A stretch of DNA of 64,000 nt. Source: Amoebidium appalachense (lineage: Eukaryota; Protista; Ichthyosporea). The notes below the pieces were generated by a model, which worked only from the letters and a program-made list of their open reading frames with translations, was not told the DNA's origin and searched no databases. Below, piece after piece: positions 9,700-26,486 of this stretch (the first letter of the stretch is position 1; every line of letters starts with the position of its first letter). The stretch covers positions 10,503,172 to 10,567,171 of the forward strand of contig CAVNZM010000008.1 in NCBI GenBank assembly GCA_963693365.1, read 5' to 3'. The translations under genes and the position numbers were made by a program.

Positions 9700-10250
9700 A
9701 CTGTCATACGCCTCGCCCGCCCTGTCCGTACCATCCGCCACATCCGTACCGTCCACCCCTGTCCGTATACATCCCCGTCCATACTGTCTGCCCCCCATCT
9801 TCACAGTCCACCTCGTCCACACCGTCCGCCCCGTCCATACCGTCCGCCCCGTCTGTACCATCCGCCCCCGTCTGTACCGCCCGCCCCGTCTGCACCGTCC
9901 GTACCGTCCGTACTGTACGCCCCGCCCCGTCTGTCACGGTGCTCAGGTACCACCCGTCCTGGACCGTCCGCCCCGTCTGTACCGTCGACGTCCGCCCTCC
10001 GTCCGTACCGTCTGCCCCATCCGTACCGTCCGCCCCACCCGCCCTGGACCGCCTGCCCTTGACCACCCGCCCCGTCCGTCCCACCCGCCCCTTCGACGTC
10101 CGTCCCAACCGACCCGTCCGTCCTACCCGCCCAATGCGTCTCACCCACCCCGTCCGTACCATCTGCCCCTGCCGTACCATCAGTCCCGTCCGTACCATCA
10201 ACCCCGTCCGTACCATCCGTCCCGTCCGTACCTGGGCCGTCCGACCCACC
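9700..10250. repeat. Degenerate 9/18-bp C-rich tandem repeat between the convergent genes of the element
   Basis: Repeated CCGTCCGTAC / CCGCCCCGTCTGTAC units; the minus strand reads as Gly-Thr/Ala/Val-Asp triplets. Confidence 0.85.
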
Positions 10251-10254
10251 CGCC

Positions 10255-13200
10255 TTAGGGTTGCACGTAGCCGTACGGCACAGAGTCCACATTGAGGACC
10301 TCCGAGTCATCTCCATCCTCCGCATACCTTGCCTTGTATACTCGCTTGTTGAGGTTCACCCTGATGCCGACACTCCTGTGGGCGACGTTCACATCTCCCG
10401 CACGTGTCCGCGACCAACGGTTCTGGTGCACAAACACTCTATCTGTGCCCACGCAGGCTCGGGTTCTGTCGAGTGACTCGGGTTCTGCAGGTGCTTCACT
10501 GAAGAACTTGTTCAGCATACCCGTGAACGTAGGCACCCCTACAGGTGTCGACATCTCCAACAACCTTGTTTGGTGGATGCCCTTACACTTGACGTGCTGG
10601 ACCGCCGGCCCGCTGGCATCGCTTACGGTGACGCCGTATGACTTGGGCCCCGTGCTCCGGAACTGGGTGATGGCTGCCAACCCGGTGTCGCTGTCGAAGA
10701 AGTCTTTTTCTTTTGTCATCCGACCCAGACCGACGCCCGTAGCCAAAGGCACCTCGCCGTCCAGTGTCTCAAACATGACGATGTCCGTGTCGCCGTACAC
10801 GACGCGGTCGGCCCCGCCTTCGTTGGCATACCGCCACCACATGCTGCGGCCGTAGGCGGTCGTGAACACCCCCATAGGTGTGCTGATGTTCTCGCCACAG
10901 CCCGGCTCCGCAGACCGGTAGGTGGCCTCCACCATGCTCTCTGTCTTTACCACCAGGCTCACATCCTTGACCTCACCGTTCAGCATCCTCTTTTTCAGCT
11001 CGACTAGCGACGCAAAGTCGGAGATGTACTCTGACCTGGGCTTGTCGGGATCCATGGCGAACCTGCGGTACGACGAGTTCATAATGAGCTTCCACACAGT
11101 TCGCACTGCGTTGTTGGGGCTGCACTGCTCAGGCAGCAGGCGTCCCTCGTCGTCCGGCCCGTAACCCAGCGACCGGTTTATTCTCTCCACGAATGCCGCG
11201 AGCGCCTCGGGGTTGCCGCCAGCCCCCGCATCCGCGGCCGTCTTGAGCTTGAACACCGTCCGCACAAACTTCCGGAACAACATGTCGTCCTTTCCTTCGT
11301 AAACCTCGGCCCAGAAGACCTTGGTGATACGCACCTCCCCCGCCCGGACGGCCTGCGCCAGCGCCTGCACTGTGTACACCCCCTCCATCTCCCGCTCCTC
11401 GTCCTGGTGGGTGCAGGACGTAGATTTGGTCACGGCACATACACCGCACAGCGCAAACACCAGCCGTGTCTGTGGGGTTGAGTCTTGCGACAGCACGGGG
11501 CACCAGCTCTTCCCGTCAACGCACCCGCCACCACATCCGCCGGCGCAGCCACGGACGCCCCGCGCATCGTCCCTCTCAGCGATACGACAGTGCAGGAGTG
11601 GCACCTTGGTATGTGGTGCCGCCACATACGGGACGTGCGCGATGGCCAGTCGTCCCCGGGTCATCTCCAACAGCCGCGCCTCCTCTTCCCACAACGGCTC
11701 GTCTGTGGCCTCGTGCTGTGGAGCGGCACGGTCAGGCGGTACGTACTCGACATCGTCCATGGCCGGTTCGCCGGGTAGGCTGCAGAGGGCAAACAGGCGT
11801 GCCTGGGGGAAGTGCTCTCCTCAGCCGCGCCATCTGTCAGGCTACCCATGATGGTTGGTGAAGGCACACCCGCCGCAGCCACCTCAAACCACTGGCGTCC
11901 ATAGTACACGCAGCCGCCCGTGGGATAGGCTAAGGTCATCATGGCAGGGTACATGGAGGCCACGTCCACGTACGCCACACGGGTGCCGTCGACGGTCCGG
12001 GGTTTGAAGACCTCCACACGGCCGCCCGAGTATGCCAGCCTTGGACGGTAGGCACGCACGTTGGCTTTGGTGGCGGCCACCATGGCGTTCACGTCTGCGT
12101 AGCCAGCACGGCGGACAGCTGCCTCGTACTCCGCAACGTCGCCGTTGCTAATGACCATGGTTGGCATCCATCTCCCGTCGATCAGCTGTTCGGTGACACC
12201 GCACTCCCAGCGTACCACCACCTCCACCTGTGCTGTCGCCTGCATCGCCTGTGCCTTGTGGACCGTAGCCACGTACCTCTGCAAAACCTGTGGGTTCTCA
12301 TGTTCCGACGATGTCTTGGGCGCCAGGAAGCAAGAGCCTGAAGCTGCGTGTCCGTGGGCATAGCACCCGTTGTACTCGAACACACGGATACACCTCGTGA
12401 CCTTGCGTCCAACGGCGGAGGTCTCGCTCACCTCCGCCATGTCCGGCACCCATGAGGCACGCGGGCCCGGGAGGGATGCGTTGCAGTTGCCATAGTACAG
12501 GAAGGGGCCCGCGGCAGTGTTCAGGAGTGCCTGGTGGGCTGCGTCAGCACCGTACTTGTCACGGATCATCTTCCAACGCACCATGGACACCCAGGCACAC
12601 TCGCCGCGCGACGAGTTGTTGTTCCTGGTCATGGCCTTGGCAGCTGCATCGTACACGTGGGGCTTGGGGCGCAGGTCATCCCTGGGAAGGCCGCCGGGGT
12701 AGCCAGTGGACAGCACGACGCGCTGTGCCAGCCCTGCCAGCGTCACATTCTGGTGGGGGTCGAGCTTGCCCCACTTTTGATTGTCCCTCTGCTCCTTCGT
12801 AAGCCCGAGGGAAGCCAGCGTCCTCACGGCCTTTCGGATGTTGACAGTGTGGTGTACGAGCGCAAGCATCAGCACCTCCACGTCCCGGCGACAGTACTGC
12901 ACGCGCTTCGCGGGGTTGTCAAAGGCCAGCCCCGCCGGACCATGAGTGGCAAGGACCGCCGACATGAGCTTCAGGGCCACCTTGAGCGTCAACCTGCAAG
13001 CCAGGGCGGCCTGATCCTCTGCAGATGTGACGCCCATCCTAACCACAAAGGCGGCAATGATGTCACACTGCTTCGTGTACCCCTTTTGTACCACTTCCTC
13101 CACCATGGCCTGGCGGAAGACACTGTCTCGCAGGAGGGTGTGGAACCACACGCGTTGCTCGAAGATTCGGTCAAGCGGGTCGAGGATGTGGCCAAATCGC

Positions 13201-16200
13201 TTTGAATTTTTGAGCTTGGAGGTCGAGGAGGGTACAAGCGGCTGCGTCTCGGACGTTGTAGACGCGTATTTTGCCCATGTCTCCTTCATGTCCATCTTGC
13301 CACGGGTCTTGTGCTCGTCAAAATTGTAGTAGTTGAGACCTGGGACGGCGCCGACATAGTCGACGTTGGCTGCGACGTTGAAGGTTACCGGGTAGGACGA
13401 CTTGCCGGTGAGGTGCTCAAACCCATACATTTTGGGGATGTCCGCCAGCGGTGCAGGAATGTGCTTGAGTGTATCCCTGAACGTGACCCCCCTGCTGTAG
13501 GGGTCCATGCCTTTCTGAGGGCTGACTGTAACCTGGAAGACGCCACTGCCGTTGGGTATCTTGCTGAACTTGAGATTGTGAGCCTCCAGATACTTGATCA
13601 CGAACAGCGTGTCGAAGTTTCCTCCATTGTGAGCCATGAACACGTAGCCCTCGTGCACAAAGCTTTTGCTTGTCTTGGTGACGGTGGTGCAGCCGATTTT
13701 CTGTTCCTTGGTGGTGTTCTGCGTTGCAAGGACCCACTTCATGAACCGGTCCATGGCATTGCTACCCGTGAAGGCGTATGTGTACTTGCCGGGTTGGAAC
13801 TTTGCCTCATTTTCCATGATTTCTGTGGAGCACAGGTCCTCTAGGTGCCGTAAGACAGGGACTGGTATGGCCTGCGGGATCCCGCCTTCCCCGAGCGCAG
13901 CCTTCTCCCCACCTTCCGGGACCGTGCAGTATGCTCCCACGACGTCGCACACCTGCATGGGTTTGCCCTCATCTGTGGTGGTTTCAATGTCCCACACCAC
14001 AACCTTGACAGTCTCTGCCTTCAAGTTGCTGTTGGTGCAGGGCTTTCTCTTGGTCGTTTTCCCGAGACCATCCTTCAGTGTAAGGGGTTGCACCGAGCAT
14101 GTGTGGGTGCCGCGTACCGTCACTGCACCACATCCGAAGCACTTGGCCATTATGCAGAGGGCGGGGGAAAGGTTCACGTGAAGCCGCCCCCAGTTGACGT
14201 CCGAGACGGGTTTCCCGGTTTGAATCACGCTGGCGGTGTAGAAGTCCTTCAATGCCTTAAGCATGTGCGCACCTGTCGCCGGAGGATGGTCAAGCTTCAG
14301 CTCGCCAATGTCACAGTTCGCAATGACATTTTCCAAGACCTGGGACTGGTGAGGGTTCTTATCGCTGAGCCCCTGTTTCAGAAGGTCCTTGGTGTACCCT
14401 GCCTCGTGGGAGGACTGGCACGTGTGACACCAGAAGACAGCCTTCGATTCTCCCGTGCGGGCCTTTGCCCTATGCATGGGTCTGAGCTGCTTCTCGTACC
14501 GTAACATGCATCGCGGTTCGTGTTGCTTGGCGCACTCTGTAGGCAGCCACACAGCGCAGTAGTTACACTGGCCACATGTGATGCCTGTGGCCAGAGGGTC
14601 AGTCGGAGTGTGTAGGTGCCGGTCTCCAGACTGAAGGCCACACCAAACACAGGAGCATTGCCCGGCAAGGACCTCACATGGGTGGTCGTCAGTTTTCCAC
14701 AAACCACACACAGAGCAGAATCGCATGTTGTTGGTTTTTGAGGTTGCCTTGTGGAGACGCCCTAGTAAGGTGGGTGTTGGCGATCCAAACTGTGTGGAAC
14801 TGAGATCGTGGCGTAGGTTGCGGCTGCTCTGGTGACATGTCCTCCTCGTCGCTGCTCTCACACTCTGAGGATGATGTGTCGTCGGACAGGTCGTCCAGCT
14901 CCACCATCTCTGCATCTTGGGCAGCGTCCCCGGTAGCTTCACCACCCTGGTCGTCCATATCGGGATCGAGCCTGATAGCGGTGGTGGCCACGCCCAAATA
15001 CACTGTTTTGGCATCCGGGTCGTACTCCTCTTTAGGATCTGGGAATGTGGCCATGTGACATACACTTGTGTAATGGTCTGCCAGGATGGGGTCGAGATCG
15101 TAAAGCTGGACCCGGAGTGTGGTGTAGAAGCCAGGGATCACGAGAGGTTCGTCCAGAACGAGGCTGGGGTCTGTGATGTCAAGTCCCTGCGCCACGGCAG
15201 CGGCTCTTGCGCCACGGACACGTGCATTGATCAGATCCACACACCTGCCAATGTTCTCGAACCGTACCCCGTTGTTCTGGCTCCACAATCCGGCGCTCTG
15301 TAGCACACTGACACATTGCTTAACATCTTGGCTGAACAGCTCCTGTTCCTTGCGAGTCTGTAGAGGTGGCTTTTTGGCAGACTTGCGCCACCTGGATGGA
15401 TCGCCACGGCAGGTGTCCATCTCTACTTGATCCTCTTCGTCATTACTGTGACCGGTGGCTTGGTTTTTGACGTTGCTTTGCATGTGAGCTGCCAGAACCA
15501 ATGAAGTGGGTAGACAATCGTTTGCGCCGGCACTCCCTGAGAAGTCCACAACGAGTCGCTGTTGTCCGGTACCGGAAAGCAGGGTGGTCCATTTGTTACC
15601 CAGTTCGCTCTCACCTACATTGGGAGACCAGGGCAGGCCTGTGCGTGCACGCGCTCCAAAGCGAGTGTTGTCAACATTGATGAAGGTGATGTACATCCGT
15701 ACATTGGCAATCTCGTGGACCTCATACTGACCAGTGATGGCTTCAATGAGGCTGCCTGGTGCATACTCGACAAACTCACGCCAACGCATCAGAGTCCCAT
15801 TGGCGCTGTTGTCAATGCTGTTGACGGGACGAGCAAATACCTGTTCGCCCGGACGTTCCGGAGATGTACATGTTATGTGGACGGTTGCCAGGACATGTGA
15901 ATCGGGAGGGATTTCGGAGCGAAGCCTCACTACCTCCATCATGCGTTGCATGTGAGTGTGTAGGTCTTCAACATGTAGGTTGTTGGTGACGTCCGCAGAG
16001 CTGTAGCGAACATTGTAACCATTGACTGCGTTGCCCAGAGCAGTCTGTCTCATGATGTTGTAGGCGCTCTCCATGGCCTGGACATCGTTGGCGAACAGGT
16101 CTCTCCTAACATGTTCATGGATGGTCGGCACCTCCGAGGCTACGTGCAAGACGCAGGTCGTCCTCAACGACATCCTCCGGGCCATGATTGTTCATGACAC

Positions 16201-16273
16201 GTTCAATCTCATTGACCCAGTTGTCATAGACGTGGCCAACGTTGGCACTTTGAAAGTTGCGAGGGGCAGACAT
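10255..16273 (-). pseudogene. Protein-primed family B DNA polymerase (putative terminal protein-vOTU-Zn fingers-Exo-VSR-like insert-Pol), ~2005 aa reconstructed, three frameshifts
   Basis: ExoI VVWDIET, ExoII AHNGGNFD, FRDTLKHIPAPL, ExoIII YCRRDV. VSR-like FEYNGCYAHGH...RWECG. YSGGRVE, motif A DVASMYP, motif B KLIMNSSYRRF, motif C YGDTDI, GPKSY, KCKGI. N-terminal NDCL...FHTVWI plus CxxC clusters. Joins ATG 16273 to ORFs 16185-14689, 15065-11661 and 11760-10255 via shifts at ~16134, ~14775 and ~11815. Confidence 0.92.
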
Positions 16274-16426
16274 GATTTTTGACTTTGGGGTTTCGTGTCT
16301 GTTTTACTATGGGGGTCGGAAAAAAAAAAAAATTTGGGTTCACGCTCCGACATGGACTGCCGGGTTGGGGGACCAAAAAACGCGCTTGCCAACAGGGGGG
16401 TTATGAACATTCGGGTCGCGATTTCT

Positions 16427-16557
16427 AGGTTCGGGTCGGTGACGTGCTTGCCCGGTCGGGTCGGGTCGGGTCGGGTGTCATGGGTCGATCGGACGATCCC
16501 AGCCCGGGCCCAGGCTCACCCGATAAAAGTGGGGGCATTGCCCCATGTCTATCTACT
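16427..16557 (-). repeat. Right TIR core (131 bp)
   Basis: Reverse complement of 5590-5721; followed by GCAC. Confidence 0.97.
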
Positions 16558-16955
16558 GCACTTTATATACCTGCAGGTCTGCAGTGTTCACCAATGATAA
16601 GAGGCTATCTCTTCTATCCAATTACAATGACGTTGCTAAGCAAACGATTACATTATCGTCTTTTAATTGGTCAAAGCCATGCATCAGTGGATCCCCCAAA
16701 AAGGCTGTCACTTGCTGGGCGAGTCACGATTGCTTTCGTGTATCCTACTGTTTGTATTGAGAAGCCAAGGTAAGAAAACCCCCAAAGACATCGCACACAT
16801 TTTTTTTTGGCTCTTTACTATGTAAATTAAGGAGCTTATTTCTATGTCTGTCAGACCGTAAGTGACTTAGAGTTAGAATAGCATCTATTTCGATCGCTAT
16901 AACATGTGTACATCTATTTCGATCGCAATATTAATAACGTGTACACGTGTGCGTG

Positions 16956-17061
<106 letters not shown>

Positions 17062-17736
17062 CGTATGGCAATGGTACGGCCACACGGTGGTCACGGTGGC
17101 ACTGGGCCCGGCACGTCGACCATTAGTAGGCCCGGGAGCCCGAGGGAGTCATGATAAAGTTTACGGTCTAAACCTGGAACGGCTAGCGCTTAGGCTAGAA
17201 AGATACCCATGCTGGCCAACGTCATATAAAGTTGTCATATTTGAAGTCAACTATGAGTCCGACTCCATTTGTCGTCTTATTGGTGGTGAGGGGGGGGGGG
17301 GGGGGGGGGGGGGGGGAGAAGGAGGGGGGAAAGAGGGGAGGATATGCTGTATACAGTTTCACAGTATCGACGTGCATGTGAGCTGCCGGAACCAGCTGTG
17401 CCGACCAACAGCACCGACCGTCGATATATATGTAACAACACTGTATGATACACGTCAGAACAAACGTATTATATACAGCCTCAGTTTAACTTATGTTTTG
17501 TAACTATGTTTTTCTCGCCGCGTGTCCAGGTCATCCGTGCGCATACATAAAAAAACGCAGTTGATTCTATGGGTTTTTAAAGTGCTCTGTGCCCCGTCCC
17601 CAGGCCTCCCCCTTCCCCCCTTCTTCAGACTTGTCCTCCTCTCCTCCCTCCCTCCATCTCAAAAATGCTCCTTACCCTCGTCCTGCTTGCTCGCCAGCTC
17701 CATTGAGAGTTCAGTATCTGAATCTGTAAGTGTGCC

Positions 17737-17767
<31 letters not shown>

Positions 17768-19425
17768 ACCACCACCACCACCACCACCACCACCACCACC
17801 ACCACCACCACCACCACCACCACCACCACCGCCTTGCCCAAAAAAAAACTTACATGAAAAAAAAAATTAAAAAATTTTGGGGGGAAAAAAATAAAAAAAA
17901 AAATAAAAAAAATGAAAGCAGTCTGAGGGACTCCGAGAAGAAAAAGAAAAAAATGAGCATGTGGCATGTACAGAAAAGTTTCTGGAGCAACCCAGAAAAA
18001 ACAGCAGTACACAATTTGTCCAACACTTCACACGATGGCTAGCTGGCGGCAAGTATTTTTCGGCTAATCTACCTAAACATCAGGCCGGTTGTCTATGCCA
18101 CCTCTGGTTCGATGACACATACACATCATGATTATCATACTGGTGCTTAAACTCGGCAACAAACTCATCTTTATTCATGCCTTAATTGTAGGCCACATGA
18201 GGTAGTCACATAACTATTTTGTTTTATCGGTTTAGCGCTCGGCTTCAAGCCCATTGCGCGACAACCGCCCCGTCGGCGAGTCTACAAGTCGGATGTACAG
18301 AATGTGAACGCCGCGGTACAACTCCTACACTCTGCTTATCGGACCCTGGTCCCGCCATAACAGACATGTACAGTACTAACTCCAGGGGGAGGTAATCACA
18401 TAACGGACATATCTTTTTTTCGACATACCCCTATCCCGGTTCAAATTTGCTTTCGAGTCCCGCGGGGGGGTGGGGGGGGGGGGGGGGGGGGGGGGGTAAG
18501 GGGGCGAGGGGGGCTTTCGGGTCCCTCATGGGAACTACCGTTGTCCGCAAAGCACCGACTGTACCTTAGCTAGGGTGTTCATGGTGCATTTAGCTTTGTA
18601 AGCTAACACACCTTTACCATTCATAACTGCTAGTTCACACCTAGCCCATGGCTTTGCCGGCAGTCTCACTAGTGGGGATTCGACATATGCAGGTGCGCTC
18701 TTTTATTTTGTGGTGGTACCATACGGGGGAAGGGGATGGTTGGGGGGGGGTGCTGAAGGAGTTCGAAGTGGGAGGGCCCATTTCGGACACATAATCATTC
18801 TCTTACTGACCCAATCTACAGCACAGAGCCTATAATACAGATCGTCTACGACACGGTGTGTACAACTACCACGTGCGCGCGTGCGCGCGCGTGTGTATGA
18901 AACCTTTTTTTTTTTGACAGTGTGTGCACATCAGGGTGAGTGTGTGGCGTGCGTGTGTTTGTTCGTGTGTCTGTGTGTCACGGTGTGCGTGTGTATGCAC
19001 GTGTGTGTGTGCGTGTGTGCGTGTGCGTGCGTGCGTGTGTACATGTGTGCGTGTGTGTGCACGCGTTTGCGTTAACTCTTGTGGGGCTTAAAACGTTTTC
19101 TTATGTACGCGCTGTGTGTGTGCACTAGCGCGTGGTGCTGGGCATGGCAGTACCTTCACTGAAAAGAGAGGCATTGCCTAGCCCACCCGGCCCTAATTAA
19201 GGGGCGTTGAAGAGAGACAGGTTCCAGTGCTCCTAAGACATTCTCAGGCTAGGACATACATTGAATGACATAATATTCCTGCCAACTGTTTGGGATGGCC
19301 ATGTCTGGAGTACGTGAGGCTCTGCCTCAGTGAGGATATACCAAATGCTCTCCTCAGGACGACATGTCTGACTGACAGCCAGACGCCCCCCCTCCCCCCC
19401 TCCCCCCTCCCTCCCGCCCCCTCCC

Positions 19426-19456
<31 letters not shown>

Positions 19457-19592
19457 ACACGCGTGTATGTACAGGTCCACACACCGTGGCCGCTTGCACC
19501 CCTTGCATTGTCAGATGAAGGCCTCCTATGGCCAGGCCGTGGCCGGCCGCAGTTCAGAAAGCTTCCCCCCCCCCCCCCCCTCCCGGACCCCC

Positions 19593-19637
<45 letters not shown>

Positions 19638-21083
19638 CGCCCTCCCCCCCCCTGCCCCCCTGCCCCCTCCTCCCCTCGGCACAACAGATTACGGTGCAAT
19701 CATGACTTCCTGTCACTGCATGACTGCGGGGAACCGTTCCTTTTATAGCTGTAGGGATTTTCTCGGCAGCCAATCAAATGTCCCAACCGAAATACACATG
19801 CAAAACTTTTCATAAAAGTCATGAAAAGGCCCATTTGTCGAGAAGCCACAAGAAAGACATACAAAAAACATATATAATAGTTAAAAGATGCATTTAGTCT
19901 TTTGTTCTATTTGTTACAGTAATCCCTGGACTTTTTTCTTCAAGGCAAGCGAATCTTTAACGGGAGTTGGTTGCATGGCGTTGTATGATGTGATTGGCTA
20001 CCAGGGAGTCGATGCGCCAATCAGTGAGCCGGATGTTTATCCAAACCAATCAAACCAAGCACCCCAATTATAAATACGTAATTTTAGTAAAATCCCGTAG
20101 ATTGCCCTTGTGAAGAAATGGTGAGAACCAAAAAACATAGCTGTAAATGTATATACGCGAGCAATCTTAAGTCGTTTCTATATAAATATATGAAAAAATC
20201 CAACTATTAAAACTCTATTTTTTCTGATTTGCACGTCATAGTTACAGCTTCCTGAATGTAGCTATGTTTTCCGACTCGAAAAGAAGCACTCCAACGGGTA
20301 AAGTTTAGATCCCCCCAAAAATCTCAAATTACCGGAATATCTTACCCTTTGTCTGGGCACTGTTTTTGTGATGACCATTTTGCAGTTCGGCCTGCAGCGA
20401 AGCGCTTGTAGACTTCGACTAAGGCTTGCTACGCGTGTGACTGACATGAGACAGAGAGTCACCACTCGCAATTGCACTTGAACATATAGAACATCGTTTT
20501 GAAGTTTTTCTCTCCTTCAACTTAGAAAAAGGTGACTAGGACAACTGTGTGGTTGATAAAATATACTTTGCGCCTCGCAATAACGTGCGAGACGCGGGTG
20601 GCTTGACGCAGCTGTTGACTTACAAACTTGAAAACGAGGGAACACAGGTACTCACTCCACTTGCAAAGTTCAGGGATGTTGGGTGCTAGCGAGCAGGGAA
20701 TAACGCAACCACGGTTTCTTGTACAATTTTCTGTGCGTCGAGGACAAGATTTTGCGACAAGTTCAAAACTAAATGCCACGGGCTTAGTGATAGAGCAGTT
20801 GAGGTACCAAGCTCTCCAGGATCACTTCACTTTTCACTTCAGAAAGGGAAAGCTTTGCTCGTGGCTTCTTTGAATGGGAGTGTGAAGTATTTATCTGTAG
20901 ATGTGGTGTTATAATGTGCAAAGATAGCTGAAATCGTTGGGAAGGCTGTTTGTGGGTTTTTGACAGCCGGAGACGAGCTGTTTGTGCACGTTGCAGACAA
21001 CAGGGAAGCAGTTGTTAGCTCAGGCAAGTATTTGTTATGGCTGACGTTTTTTTGGTTTGGGGGTCACGTTTAGGGTCACCATC

Positions 21084-25655
<4,572 letters not shown>

Positions 25656-26454
25656 AAAGTATATGTACATGCATACTGATATATATTTATATGTTAATAC
25701 CAAGAGAGATATGCGGCGGTGTTTTTGTGTCTGGTAGTGGGCAAACTATCTACATGCACGAACAGCAAAATTTGCCAAGACAAGGGGTACGAGTTTACCT
25801 AGTTTGGTTTTGTGTTTTTTTTGGGTTAAATGAAACTGCGCACCATATGGTGCGAGTGCCACATAGAATTCTTAGACTTGGGGCAATATGACTCCTGGTC
25901 TGACCCGAAACAGCACTCCTTTGATGGTCTTTCCTGGTCATACATATTCACTTTTTCATGGGGGTATATATACACATTAGGCGGTGCTGTGTCCGTGCGT
26001 GTGGGGGTGTTTTGGTTTTATTGGTTTTTCCCTCAGACGAAACAATGCGCAATGAGGATCGTTTGGTAACCCGTGAAGTCTTATTTCTGCATTAACGTGT
26101 TTCTGTGTGTACTCTGCGTGCTCGCACAAGGCGTTTGCTCGGGGCATGGTAATATCTCAAATACATAGTGCAAATGTGGAATTCATTCGTTTCAGCAGCT
26201 GTTAGGTCACGGGTAATGTTAGGATTCCATTTCCATTGTTTATATGTGGTGAGTAGGTGTGAGTGTGTGTAAGACAATGTGGCCATAATAAGGCTGGGTC
26301 CCGTGCATGGCTGATTGGTTGCATCCAATTGGCCCGCGATGGTGGTGTCACCCGCAGCAGTGCCGGCACCGTGGCAAGTGGTGGAAGTAAAAATGCTATT
26401 TCGTGGCCAGATTTATTGTATTTCGCCTGCAGCCCCGGAGTTCAGAGAGAGGCA

Positions 26455-26486
<32 letters not shown>

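Larger units (their letters stand above)
5590..16557. mobile_element. Polinton/Maverick-like self-synthesising DNA element (integrase + protein-primed PolB), apparently capsid-less, 10,968 bp
   Basis: TIRs begin AGTAGATAGAC and end GTCTATCTACT. Direct repeat GCAC lies at 5586-5589 and 16558-16561. Internal rve integrase and pPolB. No apparent introns and none of the long poly-G/C or (CA)n tracts that fill the flanks. Confidence 0.95.

Noticed and set aside
9632-10258. 208-aa Pro/Arg-rich + strand ORF
   Set aside because: Starts at a non-ATG codon and is simply the translation of the C-rich repeat.
10261-16282. Numerous + strand ORFs antisense to the pPolB
   Set aside because: Shadow ORFs of a GC3-rich coding strand; no motifs.
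19139-19185. Imperfect hairpin TGGGCATGGCAGTACCT...AGGCATTGCCTAGCCCA (SECIS, ribozyme or miRNA?)
   Set aside because: About 14 of 17 pairs only, no SECIS quartet or ribozyme core recognised, single copy.
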